From Oceanispirochaeta sp. (GTDB taxonomy: Bacteria > Spirochaetota > Spirochaetia > DSM-2461), in NCBI GenBank assembly GCA_963666275.2, contig CAXXOA010000001.1:768001-832000 (forward strand): a stretch of DNA of 64,000 nucleotides. Reading direction: 5' to 3'. The notes beneath the pieces are model-generated. The model worked only from the letters and a program-made list of their open reading frames with translations, was not told the origin of the DNA and made no database searches. Both the position numbers and the translations under genes were made by a program. The stretch's first letter is position 1, and each line of letters begins with the position of its first letter. Of this stretch, positions 59,463-64,000 are shown piece after piece.

Positions 59463-59563
59463 ATTCTGATTATAAAAAATAAATCCATTTTTGTGGAGCC
59501 TGTATTTTCTGAAAAGTGATGAGATTATAATCTTGACTATTTTAGAAAGGTTTTGTATGTTTT

Positions 59564-59583
59564 TAGGGTAGGGGGGTATCCTA
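59564..59583. promoter_or_regulatory. CsoR-type operator
   Basis: tagggta-gggggg-tatccta, a G-tract inverted repeat between promoter ttgact-17-tatgtt and the csoR start. Confidence 0.7.
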
Positions 59584-59584
59584 T

Positions 59585-59875
59585 ATGGTAAAAGAACAGA
59601 GAAAAGCACACCATCCGTATCAGACCAAAGCGAATATGGTTTCCCGGTTGAACAGGATAGAGGGGCAGATCAGGGGAATTTCAAAGATGATAGAGGAAGA
59701 TGTGTACTGTGATGATATCCTCAATCAGTTTAAAAGTGTGGAATCAGCCATCAACGGGGTTAGAAAAACCCTCCTGGAGGCACATATGAAAGGCTGTGTG
59801 ATTCATCAGATCCAATCCGGCAGGCTGGAAGTGGTGGATGAACTCCTTCAGATTATCGGGAAAATGACAAAATAG
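59585..59875 (+). CDS. csoR: Copper-sensing repressor
   Basis: RLNRIEGQIRGI, YCDD, HMKGC; upstream of copA. Confidence 0.92.
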   Translation: MVKEQRKAHHPYQTKANMVSRLNRIEGQIRGISKMIEEDVYCDDILNQFKSVESAINGVRKTLLEAHMKGCVIHQIQSGRLEVVDELLQIIGKMTK

Positions 59876-59890
59876 AGTACAGGAGTTATT

Positions 59891-62368
59891 ATGGAAATTA
59901 TCCAGTTGGACATAAAAGGCATGACATGCGCTTCCTGCGTAGCCCATGTGGAAAAAGGAATTCAGAAACTGGATGGAATTGATCTGGCTTCGGTGAATCT
60001 GGCAACTGAAAAAGCCACTGTCAGTTTTGATCCGGAAAGTGTAGATGCCGATGCCATTATTCAGGCCGTGATTGCGTCAGGGTATGGTGCGGGGCTTGTT
60101 ACCGAGGAAACCGCATCTGAAGCAGAAAAAGCAAAGAGGAAAGAGGAGAAAATTCTCCGGAATAAAATCATCCTTTCCTCTTTTTTGAGTGCTCCTCTTC
60201 TGATGGCCATGTTTGCGGGTATTTTTCAAATCAGTCCTCTTATGTTTCTTCATAATCCCTGGCTGCAGCTCGTCCTGGCAACTCCGGTCCAGTTTTACGT
60301 GGGGAGGCACTTTTACAAAACCGCCTGGAAAACCCTTTTGGCCGGGAGCCCGGGAATGGATGTCCTGGTGGTCTTAGGTACTTCCTCTGCCTACTTTTTC
60401 AGTATTTTTAACGGCTTTTTTGCATTCAGGACAGGAGTTGACAGTACTGGACTCTACTTCGAAGCATCAGCCATTATTATTACTCTGGTTCTACTGGGAA
60501 AATATATGGAAGCCCGTGCCAAGGGTAAAACCTCTGAAGCCATACGCAAGCTTATGGATCTGCAGCCAAAAAATGCCCGGGTGGAAAGGAATGGCGAGAT
60601 CCTGACTCTGCCGGTCAGCGATGTGGTTCCGGGAGATATACTTCAAATCAGGCCGGGAGACAGAATCCCTGTAGACGGGGAAATCCTCAGTGGGACGACT
60701 GCTGTGGATGAGAGCATGATTACCGGTGAAAGCCTGCCGGTCGAAAAAAAAGCCGGTGATTCCGTTGTCAGCGGTACTGTCAATTCCTATGGTTCCATCA
60801 GGTACAAAGCTGTACACACCGGGAAAGATTCCTTTCTGGCGAGGATCATCTCTGTGGTGGAGGAAGCTCAGGGATCCAAAGCCCCCATACAGAAGCTGGC
60901 CGACCGGGTTGCGGCTGTTTTTGTTCCGACGGTCCTTCTGATAGCAGTCGTTACCTTCCTGGTATGGTGGCTGATGGCCGGCTCCATCTCTTCAGCAGTC
61001 GTTGCTTCGGTTGCTGTCCTGGTGATTGCCTGCCCCTGTGCATTGGGACTGGCAACTCCCACAGCCATTATGGTGGGAACCGGAAAAGGGGCGGAGCGGG
61101 GAATCCTTATAAAAAACGGTGAAGTGCTGCAGCTGGCGGGAAAATTGAATGCGGTTGTTCTTGATAAAACAGGAACACTTACCCTTGGACGCCCGGAAGT
61201 TCAGGGGGTTTATCCTCTGAACGGAATGTCGGAAGATGACATACTGGAACTGGCTGCCACTCTGGAACAGCATTCAGAACACCCACTGGCCCGTGCTGTA
61301 ACGGATTATGCGGAAGATAGGAATATCAAACTTTCCCATTCCGATTCTTTTACCGCTGTACCCGGAAAAGGTATAAGAGGCACAATCGACGGAGAGGAAT
61401 ACCTGATTGGTACTGTATCTTTTCTGGAGGAAAACAGGGTGGATTCTGGGTCTGCAGAGGTTCTGAAAGTATCTCTGGAAGAAAAAGGCCATACCGTTGT
61501 CCTTCTGGCGGAGCTGAAAGGATCCAAGCGGATTCTGGGGATGATTTCTATAGCGGATACCCTGAAAGAGACTTCCCCTGCGGGTGTGGCAGCCTTGAAG
61601 AATATGGGACTGGAAGTCTTTATGATCACCGGGGATAATGAAAGGACAGCAAGAGCTATCGCCGAACAGGCGGGTATTGAAAATGTTCTGGCAGAAGTCT
61701 TACCTGAAAGGAAAGCTGAGGAGGTCAGAAAACTTCAGGAAAAAGGATATACAGTCGCTATGGCGGGTGACGGGATAAATGACGCCCCTGCCCTGGCTAT
61801 GGCGGATGTGGGTATTGCCATGGGACAGGGAACAGATATTGCCATGGAATCAGCCGATATCACCCTGATGAGAGGGGATCTACAGGATATCCCCGGGGCT
61901 ATCCTGCTCTCCAGAAAGACAATGGCTAAAATAAAACAGAATCTTTTCTGGGCCTTTTTCTACAACAGCATAGGCATTCCCTTTGCTGCCATGGGATTTC
62001 TCAATCCTATCATAGCTGGGGCTGCCATGGCTTTCAGCTCTGTTTCGGTTGTTACAAATTCTCTCAGTCTCAAGAGGGTCAAAATACAGCTTCAAAAAGT
62101 GGAAAACATGAAAATACAGGAAATCACCGTTTCTGAAGAAGCGGAAATTAACCGGGAGGTTTATATGGAAAAAATCATTACTGTGGAAGGCATGAGCTGT
62201 AACCACTGTAAAATGGCTGTTGAAAAAGCTGCTACTGCAGTTGAAGGGGTAGACAGCGCTCAGGTCAATCTGGATCAGAAATCACTGACCATCCTGATGG
62301 CTGATGGTTCGGATGTATCGGATGCGGTTGTTAAAGCTGTAAAAGATGCCGGATACGACCCTGTGTAA
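59891..62368 (+). CDS. copA: Cu(I) P1B-ATPase with N- and C-terminal HMA domains
   Basis: GMTCASC, TGES, CPC, DKTGT, HP, GDGIND, YN, MAFSS, GMSCNHC. Confidence 0.96.
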   Translation: MEIIQLDIKGMTCASCVAHVEKGIQKLDGIDLASVNLATEKATVSFDPESVDADAIIQAVIASGYGAGLVTEETASEAEKAKRKEEKILRNKIILSSFLSAPLLMAMFAGIFQISPLMFLHNPWLQLVLATPVQFYVGRHFYKTAWKTLLAGSPGMDVLVVLGTSSAYFFSIFNGFFAFRTGVDSTGLYFEASAIIITLVLLGKYMEARAKGKTSEAIRKLMDLQPKNARVERNGEILTLPVSDVVPGDILQIRPGDRIPVDGEILSGTTAVDESMITGESLPVEKKAGDSVVSGTVNSYGSIRYKAVHTGKDSFLARIISVVEEAQGSKAPIQKLADRVAAVFVPTVLLIAVVTFLVWWLMAGSISSAVVASVAVLVIACPCALGLATPTAIMVGTGKGAERGILIKNGEVLQLAGKLNAVVLDKTGTLTLGRPEVQGVYPLNGMSEDDILELAATLEQHSEHPLARAVTDYAEDRNIKLSHSDSFTAVPGKGIRGTIDGEEYLIGTVSFLEENRVDSGSAEVLKVSLEEKGHTVVLLAELKGSKRILGMISIADTLKETSPAGVAALKNMGLEVFMITGDNERTARAIAEQAGIENVLAEVLPERKAEEVRKLQEKGYTVAMAGDGINDAPALAMADVGIAMGQGTDIAMESADITLMRGDLQDIPGAILLSRKTMAKIKQNLFWAFFYNSIGIPFAAMGFLNPIIAGAAMAFSSVSVVTNSLSLKRVKIQLQKVENMKIQEITVSEEAEINREVYMEKIITVEGMSCNHCKMAVEKAATAVEGVDSAQVNLDQKSLTILMADGSDVSDAVVKAVKDAGYDPV
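62165..62368 (+). CDS. Possible nested in-frame CopZ-like chaperone (67 aa)
   Basis: gggaggt SD at 62154-62160 directly before ATG of [15 protein letters not shown]. Confidence 0.5.
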   Translation: MEKIITVEGMSCNHCKMAVEKAATAVEGVDSAQVNLDQKSLTILMADGSDVSDAVVKAVKDAGYDPV

Positions 62369-62378
62369 ATAATTTCAG

Positions 62379-62400
62379 GAGGGAGCTATATAGCTCCCTC
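62379..62400. terminator. Hairpin between convergent genes
   Basis: gagggagcta-ta-tagctccctc. Confidence 0.7.
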
Positions 62401-63808
62401 AACCGGGAATGGGTATATAGATAAAAAAACTGTAACTGTCATCTATCTCCTGTTCGAAGGATATCTCCCAGTCATGTTTTAAAAAAATGGAACGGCTGAT
62501 GGAGAGGTACATATCGGTTATCTCCCGGTTCAGATCACTGAAGGGAGAGAAAAAGTCAAAGCATTTCATGTCTTCCGGGACGGCGGGGAAAAAAGTAATT
62601 ACCAGTAATCCGGTTTCACTGTCCCTGTCTTCCAGCCTGATCCTGATCAGGGATTCGATCTGTATCCTTGCCCTGACAAAATCCAGAATGTATTTCAGAG
62701 CTTTGGCAATTTGCAGCTGATCGAATTCCAGCTCCACATCTGCCATCATAGGGGTAATCTCGGTATCATATTCGCTGTCTCTGCAGTTTTTTGCCAGAAT
62801 TTCACTGAGGAATAGTGCCAGGGAAGCCCTGGATTTTACGGGAAATCCTCCGGGAGAAAAAGTCAGGAACTGATTTGATGTTTCCAGTGTCATATCCAGT
62901 GCTTCAATGGTTTTATCCAGGAATGCATCCACTTTTTCATTTCCTCTGTTCTGGGACTGTGCCAGCTGGATATAGCCGTATACGGATGTCAGCTGATTAT
63001 TGAATTTATGAGCAATCAGACCTGCCAGACGGCCCACCTCTTCCAGGCGTTCCTTCTCTTCTTCCAGTTTCATGACTTCCCGGTTTTTTTCCCATATACC
63101 CAGAAACAGATGATGAATGTAGGATATCTCATTCATTTTATGCCAGTCGGGAATTTCGATGGGAAAATCCGAATCCCTCTGTATTTGTATAAGCTGCCTT
63201 TTCAGTTTTTTCAGCGGTTTATCCACAGTCATGGAATAGGAGAAATAGAGACCTGTTCCAAAGCTGATAAATACAAGAATCAGAAGAGTCAGGAAGTTCC
63301 GTATCTCTTTTTGAATCCTGGACAGTGTATTCTGGTCAGAGAGGATGAGGGAGATGGTTCCTATATAGATTCTGTCACTGTCAGGGTTGAAATATACAGT
63401 TTCATATCCGGAGAAATTCTTTTTTCCCCGGATTCTGTCCTTCATCAGATTTATGGGAAAGCCGAATTCCTTTTCCAGACCGGTATTCGCATAGGCATTT
63501 GGATCGCCGGCACTGACAAATTTTTCTCCGAATTCATCATGAACCTCCAGAAAAACAATGTCGGGATCTTCAAGGGCAAAAAGGAGGATTGCTTCGGTCT
63601 GGTTCCTGTTTACGTTCCAGAGTGGATAACTGATAATCCTGCTGAAAACTGAGAGATTCAGTTCCAGTTTCTTTTTCAGATTACTGTAAGCTGATTCGAC
63701 TCGTCCATACTGATCAAGGAAAAATATGACCAGGGAAATGGAGATTATGAGAGGGAAAATAATAAGGAAAAAACTCCTTTTCAGACTCCGGAAGTGGGGA
63801 AGTGCCAT
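62399..63808 (-). CDS. Membrane sensor with H-box but degenerate HATPase (pseudo-kinase)
   Basis: Two TMs; GRLAGLIAHKFNNQL; N/G1/G2 boxes missing. Confidence 0.7.
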   Translation of the reverse strand: MALPHFRSLKRSFFLIIFPLIISISLVIFFLDQYGRVESAYSNLKKKLELNLSVFSRIISYPLWNVNRNQTEAILLFALEDPDIVFLEVHDEFGEKFVSAGDPNAYANTGLEKEFGFPINLMKDRIRGKKNFSGYETVYFNPDSDRIYIGTISLILSDQNTLSRIQKEIRNFLTLLILVFISFGTGLYFSYSMTVDKPLKKLKRQLIQIQRDSDFPIEIPDWHKMNEISYIHHLFLGIWEKNREVMKLEEEKERLEEVGRLAGLIAHKFNNQLTSVYGYIQLAQSQNRGNEKVDAFLDKTIEALDMTLETSNQFLTFSPGGFPVKSRASLALFLSEILAKNCRDSEYDTEITPMMADVELEFDQLQIAKALKYILDFVRARIQIESLIRIRLEDRDSETGLLVITFFPAVPEDMKCFDFFSPFSDLNREITDMYLSISRSIFLKHDWEISFEQEIDDSYSFFIYIPIPG

Positions 63809-63819
63809 CAGTGGTATCC

Positions 63820-63999
63820 TTAATGTTCTCCGGAGATATTATAATTCTCCAGTATCTTCAGCCATGCGGGATCTTTCTTCATCTCAGAAACCGTTGTCTC
63901 CATAAAGGCCTCCAGATCAGGGTTCCCGCCTGAAACAATACATCGCCTGGTATAGGTACTATGGGGAAAGCGGGATATGTAAAGGGCATCCTGCAGCTG
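63820..63999 (-). CDS. C-terminus of probable family-3 substrate-binding protein (partial)
   Basis: Manual translation ...NPDLEAFMETTVSEMKKDPAWLKILENYNISGEH*. Confidence 0.45.
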   Translation of the reverse strand, partial: QLQDALYISRFPHSTYTRRCIVSGGNPDLEAFMETTVSEMKKDPAWLKILENYNISGEH

Positions 64000-64000
64000 A

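Overview
A gene-dense bacterial chromosomal window, probably from a free-living spirochaete; this is inferred only from signal peptides of the FAGGQQE/FANGKQD type. Left to right: (1) a LacI-controlled polyol/rare-ketose locus with a CUT1 ABC transporter, two Zn dehydrogenases, an SDR, an FGGY kinase and a D-psicose/D-tagatose 3-epimerase-family enzyme; (2) a degenerate class III cyclase, an AraR-like regulator and two convergent CUT2 sugar ABC systems; (3) MarR-MATE; (4) an FMN riboswitch and ribD-ribE-ribBA-ribH; (5) tRNA-Gly(CCC) with an unusual duplicated, GGA-hairpin-rich 3' trailer; (6) two PAS kinases; (7) citCDEFGX, a beta-propeller sensor kinase, a NarL/UvrY-type regulator and tctCBA, with the same palindromic box upstream of citC and tctC; (8) MCP, ogt and zupT; (9) a DUF2779/MYG1-like nuclease pair; (10) an MCP with tandem CZB domains between its TM helices; (11) TSUP, a hybrid kinase, an ABC-2 exporter and monomeric IDH; (12) csoR-copA with an internal start that could release a free CopZ; (13) a pseudo-kinase. 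No CRISPR array, rRNA or intact transposase was seen. All calls come from reading motifs by eye, with no database searches.
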